64,000 nucleotides of DNA from Lama glama (taxonomy: Eukaryota). The notes beneath the pieces were generated by a model, which made no database searches, had not been told where the DNA came from, and saw nothing but the letters and a program-made list of their open reading frames with translations. The stretch lies in contig CM052817.1 of the NCBI GenBank assembly GCA_028534125.1, positions 85,810,001 to 85,874,000 of the forward strand, read 5' to 3'. Positions 39,460 through 53,237 of the stretch are shown here, one piece after another. The number at the start of each line of letters is the position of its first letter. Positions within the stretch are counted from its first letter, which is position 1. The translations under genes and the position numbers were made by a program.

Positions 39460-41605
39460 GTCTTCTTTCTGCTCGTCTCCTGTTTGCTACCTCCATCTCT
39501 AACCTTTATCTAATTTACTCTTTTTTTTCCTTAGTACCAACATCCCACATTCTTGTATTTTCAACCTTTGCCTCATTTCATCCCTGTGAATACACAAAGC
39601 ACACGTCTCAGTTCAATGCCTCTCTCTCTAGTCATCACCTTACTTCTTTTTTTTAATCCAAGTTCTTTCACAAAAGAGACTCCACTCATTACCCATTTTT
39701 TTTCTTTTTTTAATCCATTCTTTCCTTAACACAGAGTGAACTGCTTTCCATTCAAAGCAATCCACTGGCAAATGACACCAGTGTTCCCTTAGTTCCTTTC
39801 ACTGAATTCCTTCTTTTCAGTACTCTGGAAAGAAGTACTGAAAAAAGAACTATTCTGGCTGCTTTGTAGAACTGGGCACTTTTAACAATTATATAAATAT
39901 ATGTATGTGTGTGTATATATATATATATATATTTTTTTCCCCCCAATGAAACAGTGTCCTCCCTGGTTACTTATTTCTTAATCATTTTTTCTTCTAACTC
40001 TGTTTTTATTCTTTACATTTCCTTTGGCAGGGATCAAAAACCAAATTGTCTCCGAATCATCTTGTATACTCTACTGACTTCAAACAACCACCATTATGAT
40101 GATGATTCGTAAATCAGTAACCATCTGTGATATAAATTCCTGACCCAGACGTTTATATATGAACTAAGCACTTCAAATTCATTTTCTTATTTGACCCTAA
40201 CATTACCTTTTGAGCGAGGCATTACAGTTTTCTCTTCAGAGATGAGAAAATTGAGGCCCAAAAAGCTAAAGTAACTAGGTCATATCAAGTGGGATTTACT
40301 TTCAGGAGTAGTAGTTTGGGTGATGACAAAGCCCATTCTCTTGACCTCTCAGTACTATGCTACTCCCCTAAGCAACTCCTGAACAGTCTTCCTTAACTAG
40401 AAGTTCCACTAGCATCTCAAAGTCAACATTTTCATAATTTAGCCTCAGACTCCTTATCCTTCAATTCCCAGCCCCTATGAATGTTAACTGGTGCCAAAAG
40501 CAGTGTCACGTGTGGGCATAATCTTGTTACCTGATGCTCCCACAGCACTACAAGTCACCGAGGCGTCCACAAAGACATGGCACTGCGGCTCTCTCCACTA
40601 AGCCTTTGAATTCAAAAAAACATTTTTTCCCCATATTTTATTTCTTCTCCTGGCAATGACATCATGAAAAACCCAATTGCCCAAGTCCCAGTGCTGAATG
40701 CTATAAACTAGTATATGTCTTTATTAAGTATATTAATAGTTTAGTTTATCTTCTCAATTTTAGCTATTAAACATGAATTGATTCTATTCTATATTCCCTA
40801 TATATTTCCCCTGTGTTTCCACTACTACTGTCTTGGTTAAGTCGGGTATAATTTCTCACATAGACAACTGTGTTGTTCTTCAAAGAGATCTCTCCATAGC
40901 TCCCACTCTATCTGCTATGCAACTGCTAAAATAGATCTGTATTTTAGTAAAACTATATATCCTTTTTCCTAAAATTTAACTATCAGTTGTTGCCCCACAC
41001 TCTTGAGAAAACTTTAAATTTTTTTTTGTTAGTGTTTACGTATTAGATACACACTCCTCAGGACAGCGTGGAAGGCTGTGTATCTATCTGATCACTGACT
41101 ATGACTTCAACTGTATTTCTTCTCGCAGCGTATACTGAGATGCTAGCTCTAAACTGCTCTTTATTTTGATTATCTTGAACTTCTCTGACTGCTTCTCATC
41201 ACTCTACCTTTCCTGACGCTGACGCCTCTGGCTGAAACACTGCCCTGGCTCTCATAGAGTCTTTCTTTCTCCAGGACATGGTCCTTCATCTGCCACCTCC
41301 CTGATTATCGGCCAATTGTCATCTTTCAAACTGAGCAGGAGGTTACCCAGGGTGAAAAGTTTTCTGACTCTTTACGGAGGAACATAACTGACTGCTTTTT
41401 GAGGATTCTTTTGTGTGTTCTTCTGGTATTTATCAATACACTATTTTATTACACTTACTTGCTTATATGTCTATCTTTATCTGGAAGGGTAAAGTCCCTT
41501 ACCTAAACCTTCAGGAGTATTAAGCAGATTTTATTTGCCTTGTGCTCAGTACTGTCTGTGATATATACTGTGTACTATGTATACGTATATTTGCTGAATA
41601 AATAT
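39460..41605 (+). mobile_element. L2 LINE remnant ending at its 3' terminus
   Basis: Pyrimidine-rich sense L2 motifs; ends 'tatttgctgaataaat'. Confidence 0.6.
40160..40365 (-). mobile_element. MIR inserted in L2
   Basis: 'agagatgagaaaattgaggcccaaaaagctaaagtaact'. Confidence 0.8.
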
Positions 41606-44249
41606 TTAACAGGCTCGAGGCAATTAAATATATTTCCATTTACTCAATAGCACTTACAACTTTACTCAACATATTGAATATTATTTACACAATCAGTTTC
41701 TTGGTCTTGAAAAACATAATCAAACTTTATACGTAATATAAATGATCCTCAGTAATAAACTGTATGTGTTCTTCAATGCCATGAATACTATATGGAAAAA
41801 GAACTTCATATATCTGGGAACAAAAAAATGTAAAGCAGACATTTTGAAAGAGAAGCATTCAGAGGAGATGAACAGAAAAGGAAGCACTTAATATCTGTAT
41901 TACGAAAAAGTTCATAAATTTTGTCCTAATAACTCAAGGATACATTGTAAGAAGAATCAACATACATCATAATCAAGACTGATGAGCAAAGCTGCAGAAC
42001 CTCCTGGATGCTCACCTTGTGCCTCCCTCCCAGAAAGACAGAGGAGATGAAGAGGAAGAGTTACATCTCTTCAAAATGTACACAGGAAAGCCAGTAGCAG
42101 TTTAGTGTGAGATAGATACTTGTTGTCTAACAATATACTGGTATTTCTTTAAGCCTTATTCTATAACATGTATTGTTTTATATATAAAAATGCATAAACC
42201 TGTAATTGATTATAGTATTCTTTTACTTCAGGGTTTGTTTTTATAGGAAATGAAAACAATGATTGACTGACTTTTTCAGTTTTTTATATTTGGAGGAAAA
42301 CCCAGGATATTATTCAACTTTAACATCACCCCATGAATATGTTTCATTTGGTATACAACTTTATCTAGCTCATCATATTGTCTAAGAGCAAATAACTGTT
42401 TGTGGCTGACTTTACAATGTAGTCTTACAAAGTGAAAGCCAATCTCACCTCTAATTTAATAATTTCCTGCAAATGTCCTTAGGAAACATGATATTGCTAG
42501 CTTAATTAGAAAAAATACATTATGAAAGATAATGCCATCTTATATAAGGCACACTTTCAAAAGTTAGTTTTTTTACAGTCATTTTACTAAAAGAAGCTAC
42601 ATTATTGCATATTTGAATGATCATTACCAAGGTCACAGGAAAAAAACAACAGATTTGAAACTTCTAATATTTGCTTCTGTCTTCACTTAAACTGTATTTT
42701 TATTTTATTTAGTGAAAATAGATGAAGACCTAAACTCAAAGATTCCTAATTGAGTTATTAAATATGTATGGAAAAATAAATTCCTATATCTCATTTAACT
42801 TATCAACTACACAGGATAAATGTTAGCAATACCCATTTCCTTGAAAAGTGCTTGATAAGAAGAATATGAATGTAATAAAGGTACAAAACACAAGGCTTTC
42901 TGTTTTATTGCTTCTTTGAGAAAGGCATCAACCTTATTTGGAAATGCCTATGTTAATATATCTTTAACTACTACAGAATTCATATTTTGATTTATATAAA
43001 AGAAAATAAGTAGAAAGAAGATTTTACTATGGGAAGGATTGTTTTCCCCATATAATGGCCAGGTTTACAAAAATTCTGCTGTTTCCCGGAGTCTGATAAT
43101 GTTTCTTCTCATTTTCAAATGCTATTCAGATTATTTCCACTGTTCCTTCAAACATATGCAGCTAGACATTTTAAAATAGGTAGGATGATTACAATGCTTA
43201 TTTTATTTTAGATTAAATATCCATATGTAATTTTGTACTACTTATATTAAAAATTCTAACTTTTAAAAGCACTCAACAATTCTTATAAATAATTCTGGAA
43301 TGTCAGAGTTATAAATACACCCTAAGACAAACAGAAATCTTTTACGAATTCGACTGTAAAGAAAATGCTTTTCTAGTTAATTTAAAATTCATTTTTTAGA
43401 ATTTTATTAGTAAAAATACAGACTTTGTCCTAATTATAAATTATAACATAATTACTTTTTGCTGAATGAAAAGGGATTAAAATATTTTTTGGAAAACATT
43501 TCAAAATAATTTCTCTCTGGTTTTCTTTTACCAACATTTCTTGATACTCAGCTGCTTAGCATTCTTTATGCAACAATGCAGACTTGATTAGAGCGAGCTA
43601 GATTATGATTTTTTTGAAAGGATATTTATGCTCATTATGTGAAAATTTTTGCTGTATTGCGTATTTATGATTGTCTCCAGTGGTTAGGCATTTGAACCTC
43701 CTGGATAGTCATCAGAATAATATGACTAATAAAAACTTAGTATATTCACAATCGAAGGCAGTTTTGAGTTCTTCACTTCCCATTTCTCTGCCAACCTCCA
43801 CCCCTAAGGAGTTTGACGATTTCTTATTGTTATAAATTTTCTACTAATTAATTCTGCATAAAGAATTTTTTAAAATGTTTAACTAAACATGGGTCTCCCA
43901 AGCTGAGACTGCTCTTTAGAAAAATCATGTATCTGTGGCTGAGACAGAAAAACTTGTACAATATTCAATAATACTATAACTCACTAGACATTTTATAATT
44001 AACAGTATAGCATCTGACAGTATATTGAGGTCCCAGCCCTCATTTTCACCTGAGCTGTGGCAACGTAGGTGCTTCCCCTCAGCTCAAGAATGATCTGTCA
44101 GATCTAGTCCCCACTCCTTTGGGTGGTTTTGAAGATAATGGTGGAGGAGAAATGGTGATTTCAAAAGAAAATATTCGCTTCATTCATAATCAGGATTACT
44201 ATAATTTGGCACCTTTAATGTACTGATATTACTGATAAGTAGCTATACT

Positions 44250-44480
44250 CCACATCACAGTTGTGGTCTGCAAACTGCTTTCATGTGCACTAAGTCATGT
44301 GAATCTCATAATCTGTGAGTACATGGTACAGTCATAACTAATATTAACAAAAATCTAGAGAATGATCAAAGATGTTTAGTAATTTTAGAGGTAATACTTT
44401 ATAACAAAATGGTACATAATAGAAGGGCCATGCCAGTCCTTTTTTTTAATAAACTGATACTCTCACTGCAGTAGGCAGAA
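44250..44480 (-). mobile_element. Degenerate MIR
   Basis: 'gctttcatgtgcactaagtcatgtgaatctcataatctgtgag'. Confidence 0.5.
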
Positions 44481-44799
44481 TCTCAACTATCATTGCTACT
44501 GAAACTGTTAATAATAACAGATGTGAATTTTATGATAATTTTTGTGTAGCTGGTCATTTTTATACAGTGTACCAGGTGAAAAAATTGGGGAGCAGATTTG
44601 AGGATCTTTTCTTTAAATTTCTTTTTTAATGACAGTAAATTATCTTCCTTGACAAAAATACAATAGGATATTGGGTAATCACTAAAAATGAAAAAATTTA
44701 AAGAAAAATGTAAACAGATTATGAAATAATGCAAAATGAAACTAGAGTGATGATAAATGGGTACGGAGAAAGAGAAGGAGAGGAGAAAGGGAAAGGTAT

Positions 44800-44962
44800 G
44801 TTAATGTTCAGAGCATGAAATCCAGCACCAGCGTGTGACAATTTAAATCCTGGCTCTGCCACAAACATTGCTTACTGTTCCCGTGCCTCAGTCTTCCTAT
44901 ATGCAACATATCACCTACTTTGTAAGGCTGTTAGGTGGATTAACTGAGTTGATATTTGAAAA
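44800..44962 (+). mobile_element. MIR SINE
   Basis: 'tttaaatcctggctctgccac...gtgcctcagtcttcctatatg...ggctgttaggtggattaactgag'. Confidence 0.8.
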
Positions 44963-45109
44963 CAAATAATTGTCTATATGCTAATAATTTAAAACAAAAT
45001 AAAGAGACTAGGTTAGAATTGTAATATTTTGATTTTAGAAGGCAAAAGGCAAATCATATCAAGGACACTGTTTCAGACTGGTGGGGCCAAGCTGATTTAT
45101 AAGAAAAAT

Positions 45110-45428
45110 CTTATATATAATGGACACACAATACATTCCAAAAATATTAAGTATACAGTTGGTTGATCTTTTTTCTAAACTCATGTAACAGCTATCAAGA
45201 TCAAGATATAGTATCTGTTCAGCACAAGAAAAGGGCTCTAAGCACCTGTTGGTAACGGCCCAGCTTCACCATTATTTTGACATCTGACACCACAGCTGCA
45301 GGTTTTGCCTGTTCTGGAACTTCACGTTACGAGTGCTGGGCTTTTTTTCACCCGATATTAAACATGTGAAATGCATTCATGTTGTGCAACTTACAGTTTT
45401 TTGTTTTGTTTTGTGTGTAGTATCCTAT
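45110..45428 (-). mobile_element. Old L1 (L1MC/ME) 3' end
   Basis: 'gttttgcctgttctggaacttca...attcatgttgtg'. Confidence 0.7.
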
Positions 45429-45555
45429 TGTAATGAAACAGGCAGCCAGGTATTTTTCAAGCAAAGATGGGTCTGTTCTGGATAATTGGAGAATTGCAAT
45501 TCAGGGTCTGCATTCCTGGCAAGCTATGTGCAAGTCCCCACATGGCAAGAGATAG
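45429..45555 (-). mobile_element. ERV1 LTR terminal fragment
   Basis: 'caagcaaagatgggt...gaattgcaattc' is an antisense LTR polyA-region block. Confidence 0.5.
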
Positions 45556-48500
45556 ACAATAGAATAATAAAGTTCTGGTACTTTCTTCAACACTGGTGTT
45601 TTTCTCAGCAATGGGTCCTTAGGAGAATCCTTGAGGTAAGTGTTCCTTCCTTTAGAGAGCACTACTTTAAATAATTTTAAAGTTGGTAAATTACTGCAAC
45701 ACATATATACCTGTGAAAATAGCATATATAGGTGCAACACGTAATATATGGAGACTGTAGGGAGTCCTTGATAAGTATGATGTGCTTTTGGGAATCCCTT
45801 GAGATAAACCTCCAGTTCCCCTAGTGTCATGGCGGACATGCTGCAAACTTCAGAACTCTAATATGCAGTGGTCCTTCTGATTCTTTCCAGCTGTTTGTCC
45901 TTATTTTTCTCTGAGTGAATCTGTTCCTCTATTCAGACTGTGCCTGTAAACCCTGGACACCAACACGTGTCACTGTTTTCTTATTTGTTTCTTGCCTATT
46001 TCTCCTTCCCTAGACTGTCTTCTCATCCACACTCTAGCCAGCGCTCCACGCCTAATGCCAGTTACCTCATTCACCGCACAGAGACATCGCTTGTTACTGA
46101 AGGTCCACCACTGTCATCTCCTGCCCTCAGCATTGTCTCCCTGTATAAACTGTCTGTCTACAAGGATTTAATATTGGGTCATTTCTGTCTATCTTAGATC
46201 AAATAGTACCATGGTAGAAGCTCTAAGTACAGAGATCCAGATGGTGTTTGAAGGGTTCTGTTATCAAGTTACTGACTTGACATTATTATATATTTTTTCT
46301 GGTGTTCTTCATGCCTACCTGTGGTTCTGAGCTTTCATCTACTATCATTTTGATTCATCCTGGAGAACTTCTTGTAGCTTCTTTGTAATGTAGGTTTTCT
46401 TATGTCTAGGATGAGAGCACCTAAACCCCCAATATTTACCAGAGCCCTGTGACCCTGCATGGCCCACAATTCTAACCCCTGTCCTCCTGTACAATCCAAT
46501 TGCTGAAATACCTGTTCAAATATTGAAAATTTTTGTTACTTCTATCTGAACTTAGCCTTGGAAACTTGCCCATTCAACACATTAGAATTCAGGGGAAACA
46601 AATTCAAGAGAAAAATTGCATGCAAATTTTGAAACTCACTTCTCTGTTGTTCACTTTTTCCTAGGATTTTGCTGCTCAAGTACCAGACATGTGGGCAACT
46701 GCCAAGCCTCCAGGGACAACTCTGTTTACTATCTTTCCAACCCAATGAGATTTCATATTTCTGCTTTGACTCCATCCTTCTGAGCTGGGAATTGATAAAA
46801 GTCTTCAAGGCAAAGAGTGAGGTAATGGAACTCAAATTACTGTGTTTCCTTTTTTCATAGTTGGTAGCCCCTCTTTTACTGACTGAAGACAGATGACAAC
46901 AGCCACCACAAGACTCACTATGTTTGGCTGGAAATTATTGTCTGTATCTTTAGATAACATTTGCTAAACTTGAGACATACCAATACATACATTATCAATA
47001 ATTGCCTGTAGATCTCATCAGTGTTTGCTTGATTATATACTGCACCAATCCATATTTAAAAGCCTTAAGAAATTTTTAAAAACTTTTCATGGAATACAAA
47101 TCACTGCCATTACAGGTTGGTTGTTCAGTCCATCAACTTGGCTATTTTTTGTTCTTTTTCTGCAAGAAATTTCAAAGTCATTCAGAGACTGTTAGACAAT
47201 TTTACTTTAGGCTAAGTGATAAGGGACACATTTTAGCCTCTGTGTATATAGCTACTGCTTAAGATGGAAGCATTTTTGTAATATAGATTCTGAGTAACAG
47301 TAGAGTAAGATTTTGCATAAGAACTACAAAATAAGTATATTTGTATTTCTGGGGAGTACAAAAAATGATCAAACTGGTAAAATAAATGGCTTTTTGTCAG
47401 CTTTTCCTTTTAAAGAGAACTTATTTATTAATAGTTTTTATTTTACAAGGAAGGATACTGTTGTGCCACTCTCAAATATTTAAAATTGAAATGCTATAAA
47501 TTGCTTTCGTTAGAGAAAACATAAAGAAGATTTCTAATGGCTAAATAGCAGCTTCCTATGTGCTTCATGAATCAAGCGGTGCCCTGAAAAATACATTTTG
47601 CATGTGCAGGCATGCTGCAAAGCAGATGTGAAGAGATGCGTGATGGTACATGCTGCTTACTTCAGAGCTGAATCTCAGCGCTTTAACAAAAACTGAAAAT
47701 GGAAAGAAAAACAATGTTTTCCTATACATCATTAAAAAATACATGAACATATTTATATACAACTGTAAAAGTGGTTTTGGTTATAATAACATTTGTTAGC
47801 CATGGTATTCACATTTCATAAAAAAGGAACTTATTAGTTCATAATAGCAATATGAAAACACAAACAACTAGAAAAGAAATTTTGCAACCGAATAATACTG
47901 CCTGTGACCAAAGGCTTACAATTCATGTCTGTATTTGAGGTGTGAGAAACTGCCCAATTTTCCCCCAGCAGTTCATAGGAAATGCTTTCAATCTCAGATT
48001 TTCACAGATACTTGAATTTTTGAAAACTCCAACAGCACTTAAACAGGTTGCTGTCAAACTTTGCAAATATTTGTAAAGCTGTGAGCCTTGTAGCAAGATT
48101 TTAAGCTCATGTGCCATTTAAAATGGTACTTACTTGTATCCAGAAGAATAAAAGTCTTGTATAGCTCAAACTTCTCAGAATCAAAATAAATTAAAATTCA
48201 ATTTTGGGATTAGGTGAGTGAAAGTTAGTGTAAAACATATGCAGAATGCTTATTTTTTAGGTAGAGTTGGCAAATCAAAACTTTAATTCTATATTTACAG
48301 TTATAGACACTAAACAATGTAGCTGGATAGGACCTTTAGAATTTATACTCAACACTTGAATTTTTACCCAAGAAAACAAATGTAATTTAAATTAGTGAGC
48401 TCTGTCTGTATTGATTAGTGACAGGAATGGTGATTTTCTGAATTATTAAAAATTAAGTATAAATATGAAAATTGTTATATGGTAACTATAAGTAAGCTTA

Positions 48501-48689
48501 CATATCAAATTGATATTTAACTTATCACCTGCTATATTTGAGAGTTGTAATTTTGTGTTTATATGTAAGATTATTTAAAAATTAAATCAGAGCAATAAGA
48601 CGTATCTAAAATAGTTATAAAAGATAGTATATTTATGTCAGTAGTAATAAAATATAGTATACATTTTTCTTCTCCCTTCTCTTAACCGA

Positions 48690-49100
48690 TTAAAAACAAT
48701 AAAATGTGGCAAAAAACAGCATTCCTAAAGTTTTATTTGGGGGCCTGTAATATAAAGACATCATACACTACACTGTACAAGGAAAGGAGATAGGAAATGA
48801 ATTATCCACTAAATTAGATTAAGGAAATGTCACTGTATAGCAACTTATTAATCCACAGGAAAAACTGAAGATAACCAGGAATGTTAAGTAAGATGATATA
48901 TATGTATATATTATAACTTTATATTCCTTTTACTTTTGTTTTTTAATTAGTGTTCTCTTGAATAAATTCAATTTTTTTCTTTCTTTTATGTTACTTGTAA
49001 AATGAGGTTGGAAAAAATCTGCTATTTTACAAAGGTTAAATATTGAATAAAGATTAAAATTTTGTGAGAATATGTTAAAATGGTGATACGTATGCAGAAA
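48690..49100 (+). mobile_element. Old L1 ORF1-end/inter-ORF remnant
   Basis: 'aatccacaggaaaaactgaagataaccaggaatgttaag'. Confidence 0.4.
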
Positions 49101-49271
49101 TGAATAAGCAACAAAATTATGCCTTATAATTTTGACAGTAATGTTTGGCACTTTCAAATATAAAATAATTGAATCCATATTTTGGGGGAAGAAAAGTTCA
49201 CATTTTAAAAGTCAAGTAAATAAAGAAAAAATAATAGATATTAAATAATAATAAATATAAAAATAAAAAAA

Positions 49272-49771
49272 NNNNNNNNNNNNNNNNNNNNNNNNNNNNN
49301 NNNNNNNNNNNNNNNNNNNNNNNNNNNNNNNNNNNNNNNNNNNNNNNNNNNNNNNNNNNNNNNNNNNNNNNNNNNNNNNNNNNNNNNNNNNNNNNNNNNN
49401 NNNNNNNNNNNNNNNNNNNNNNNNNNNNNNNNNNNNNNNNNNNNNNNNNNNNNNNNNNNNNNNNNNNNNNNNNNNNNNNNNNNNNNNNNNNNNNNNNNNN
49501 NNNNNNNNNNNNNNNNNNNNNNNNNNNNNNNNNNNNNNNNNNNNNNNNNNNNNNNNNNNNNNNNNNNNNNNNNNNNNNNNNNNNNNNNNNNNNNNNNNNN
49601 NNNNNNNNNNNNNNNNNNNNNNNNNNNNNNNNNNNNNNNNNNNNNNNNNNNNNNNNNNNNNNNNNNNNNNNNNNNNNNNNNNNNNNNNNNNNNNNNNNNN
49701 NNNNNNNNNNNNNNNNNNNNNNNNNNNNNNNNNNNNNNNNNNNNNNNNNNNNNNNNNNNNNNNNNNNNNNN
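49272..49771. other. Assembly gap (500 N)
   Basis: Exactly 500 n characters. Confidence 1.
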
Positions 49772-52700
49772 CAATTGCTTTCCTATATGAAAAAAATAAA
49801 CAATTAGAATTTTAAATTAAAAGAAAACAATACCACCTATAATCACAATGAAAAATAAAATGCTTATATGTAAATCTAACAAAATATTTACAGGCTTAGC
49901 ATGTGAACAACCATAAAACTTTGATGAAATAAAGATATTAAAAAATAGGGAAGTATTTTGCACTCATGAGTTGTTAGAACCAATAATGTTAATTGTCAGT
50001 TCTTTCCAATTTGATGTACAGATTCAATATGATCCCAATCAAAATGCCAGTAAGTTATTTTCCACATGTTGGCAAACTGACTTGAAAATGTATATGAAAA
50101 ATCAAAGGACAAAGTACCAACGTGATCCTGAGGAAGAATGAAGTTGGAACACTCACCATGAACTTTCAAGGTTTTCTATAAGTCAACAATAATCAAGACA
50201 GTATGGTATTGATGAAAGAATCGACTCATATATTAACGGAACAAAATTGTCCAGAAATAACTCACACAGATAGAGTCAACTAATCTTTGACAAAAGAACA
50301 AAGGCAATTCAGTGGGAAAAAAGATAGCCTTTTCAAAAAGTGATTCTGATAACCTTACACAAAAATTAACTTATAGCAGGGATCTAAATGTAAAAGGGAA
50401 AATTATAAAACAACTGAAAGAAAAATATGTATACAACCCTGGCTTTGTTGATGAGGCTTTAGCTACAACTCTACAGAGAATAATTTTGTAAGCTGGAATT
50501 TACTAAAATTAAAATTTTGCTCTGACATAGGTACTGCAAAGAGAATAAAAGTACATATCACAGCGGGTAGAAAGTATTTTACGATAACTCTTCTGGTAAA
50601 GAACTTGTATCAAGAAACATGCAAACATACAAACACTGCAAACTCAAATATAAACAAACAACCCAATAAAACATGGGCAATTAATCTGAACAGAAACATC
50701 ACCAAGAAGTTACACAGATGGCAAATAAACATATGAAAAGATGATTATCATTTGGCATTAGGGAAATGCAAATTAAAACAATAATAAGATATAGCTACAT
50801 TGCTATTAGAATGCCTTAAAGTCCTCCCTCATCCCTCCCAAAAAAATCAATTACTGGTGAAGATATGTAGCTGAAAGGACTTGCATTCATTGCTGGTGGG
50901 GATGTAAACTGTGAAAGCTACTGTAAAATTCAGTTTGGCATTTTCTTTCATAGTTAAATATACTCTTACCATAGGATCTAGCAATTACACTCCTAAGTAT
51001 ATCCAACAGATGTGCAAACACAAAACCTTGTGCTGGAATGCTTATAGCAGTTTTATTCATAATTGCTATAACCGATGGAACTAAGATGATCTTCAGTAGG
51101 TGAATGGATAAACAAACAATGGTAAATCCATTCACTAGAATATTATTAACAATGAAGATAAATGAGCTACCAAGCCATGCAAAGAAATTGATAAATCTTA
51201 ATTGCATATTGTTAAGTTAAAGATGACAGTAGGAAAAGGCCTACATATATGTAATTCCATTATAAAAAGTTTTGAAAAGGCAAAAACTATAGAGATGATA
51301 AATTAATCTGTGGTTGCTGGGAATTTGGAGAGGAGGAAGATGATGTTTAATTGCTGTTAAAATATTCTGTATGATTACTGTACATGATCCTAGGCATTCA
51401 TCAAACCCAAAGAACCTACAGTAAAAAGAGTGACCCTCAAAGTACACACATTCTTATAAAAAAATACTTTAGGAAGTCAAGATATCTCGGAGTGAAGTAA
51501 AAACTTTGATGAAATAATTTGACTGGATTACTTATGTATGAAGTAGCCTAACTGAAATGGGTGGGAGGAAATGATGCTGAATTAAGTAATTCTGGAAATA
51601 AGTTAATAATATAAGACTAAAGGTTTAAAAAAAAGACAAGAAAAGCTGTAGAAAAACACTGTCCTATAGTTGATAAAGTTGTTTCCCATAAATTAACAAT
51701 TCTCAAAACTTATACATATATACTGGTGTTGGGCTACACCCTGCAGGCCTGCAAGTCCTATACTTGCCCATCCTCGAGACATCAGGTTGGCTTATTGAGC
51801 ACCAGGGAAACCAACAAAGGAACATGCTCCTCACTGCCCCTTTGATAAGATATCATGGTGGAGATGTTCTGATCTAAAAGATGAAAACAATCACTACTTG
51901 GGTCCAGGGTCAATATGTAGGAAGGTCAGTCATGTGAGTAGGGTGTAGGTGACGTAGGCACTGGTTGAGCAGGGAATGGACAGAAAGCAAGAGAGCAGCC
52001 ATCTTGGGTGATCTGATCATAAAACTGGGTTTGAACAATTAAAAAACATGTGGCATGTGAACGGGCTAGATTTTTCACTGCTGGAGTGGGAAGCAACTCA
52101 CAAGATGGGGGGAAAGGTAGAATTATCCATGTGGTACCAGTTTGCAGATGAAAACATCAGTACAAATTTAATGTACATATCCAAAAATATTTATGGATAT
52201 GTATACATACATGAGTTACTATATGCATTTTTTTTTGCTTTGTCAGCAAAGAGAGTCTAGAAACCAGGACACCCCCTTAGCAATTATTTCTTCAGCCCAG
52301 GTCTCATTTTTTTTAATAACATTTTCTCATAAAAGAAACCAGAATTTTTTTTAGAAATGATTGATTCTGTGGCTGGGGAATGGAGTATGTAAGATGAGCC
52401 AGAGAGTAAGAAAGTGCTCAAAACAAACCTCACAATAAAGGGGGCATGTCAAAAGGACACAGGATCTAAATGAAAAAGTTCCCTATCATTGGAAGAATTT
52501 GAGAAGTAATATGAATAACATCATGTTGACAAAAATAAATCACTGAAAAAATAGAATAGAATAGAAAAATCACCAACACAGAAAAAAAAAGTCTTAATAA
52601 TTTATATAGGCATTGTCTCTCAGGAAAAATGAACAGTTCTTTCCATCCCTTAAGTATGGGCCATGTACAATGATGTCTTTAAAAACAAAAGGGAAAAACG

Positions 52701-53225
52701 TAATGACTTTATGATGGAGACAGCTGACAAAAATAACTAAGTCAGGTGATAAAGGTCATCATCAATTGTAATAATCATGTTCTTAGCATGTACCCTTGAG
52801 AGAATATGATGAGAAGGTTGCTTTGCCTCTAAAATCCTATCCCAACCCTTAACCCTAATCCATATTTTACAAATTACCTGACAAGTATCTCTCAAATCAG
52901 TCAGGGAGATCACAAATAGTAAAATTTAAACTGTCACTGTCCAGAGAAACCCAAGGAGACATGATGACTGTGCATAATGTGGTATGATGTATGGGTTCCT
53001 GGAAATTAAAAAAGGCATTAGGTGAAAACTAATAAACCTTGAAAAACTGTAGACTCTAGATGATAATCATGCGTCAATATTGGCTCATTAGTTGCAACTA
53101 ATGACATGTACTAATGTGACAAGTAAGATGGTAAACTGAACAAAGAATAGTGGGTACTCTGTACTATCTTCACAAATTTTCTGTAAATCTAAAACTTTTA
53201 AAGAACAAACATTTATTTAAAAATT
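49772..53225 (+). mobile_element. Old L1 (L1MD/L1MC-like): degenerate ORF2 3' half and long 3' UTR
   Basis: 'aataatcaagacagtatggtattg', 'cagatggcaaataaacatatgaaaagatg'; ends 'ctctgtactatcttcacaaattttctgtaaatctaaaact'. Confidence 0.88.
51727..52023 (-). mobile_element. Short solo LTR (ERVL-class by TSD length) inserted in the L1 3' UTR
   Basis: GC-rich 297-bp block with perfect 5-bp TSD actgg (51722-51726 / 52024-52028); TG at the left end; orientation tentative. Confidence 0.75.
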
Positions 53226-53237
53226 AAATCTCAGCCA

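Noticed and set aside
40470..40620. GC-richer patch ending in A7 within L2
   Set aside because: No TSD, ORF or recognisable source, so it cannot be called a retrocopy.
49241..49774. 177-aa ORF in the track
   Set aside because: Artefact of the N gap (poly-X).
52841..52861. Telomere-like cccaacccttaaccctaatcc
   Set aside because: Only about one true unit, and it lies inside an L1 3' UTR.
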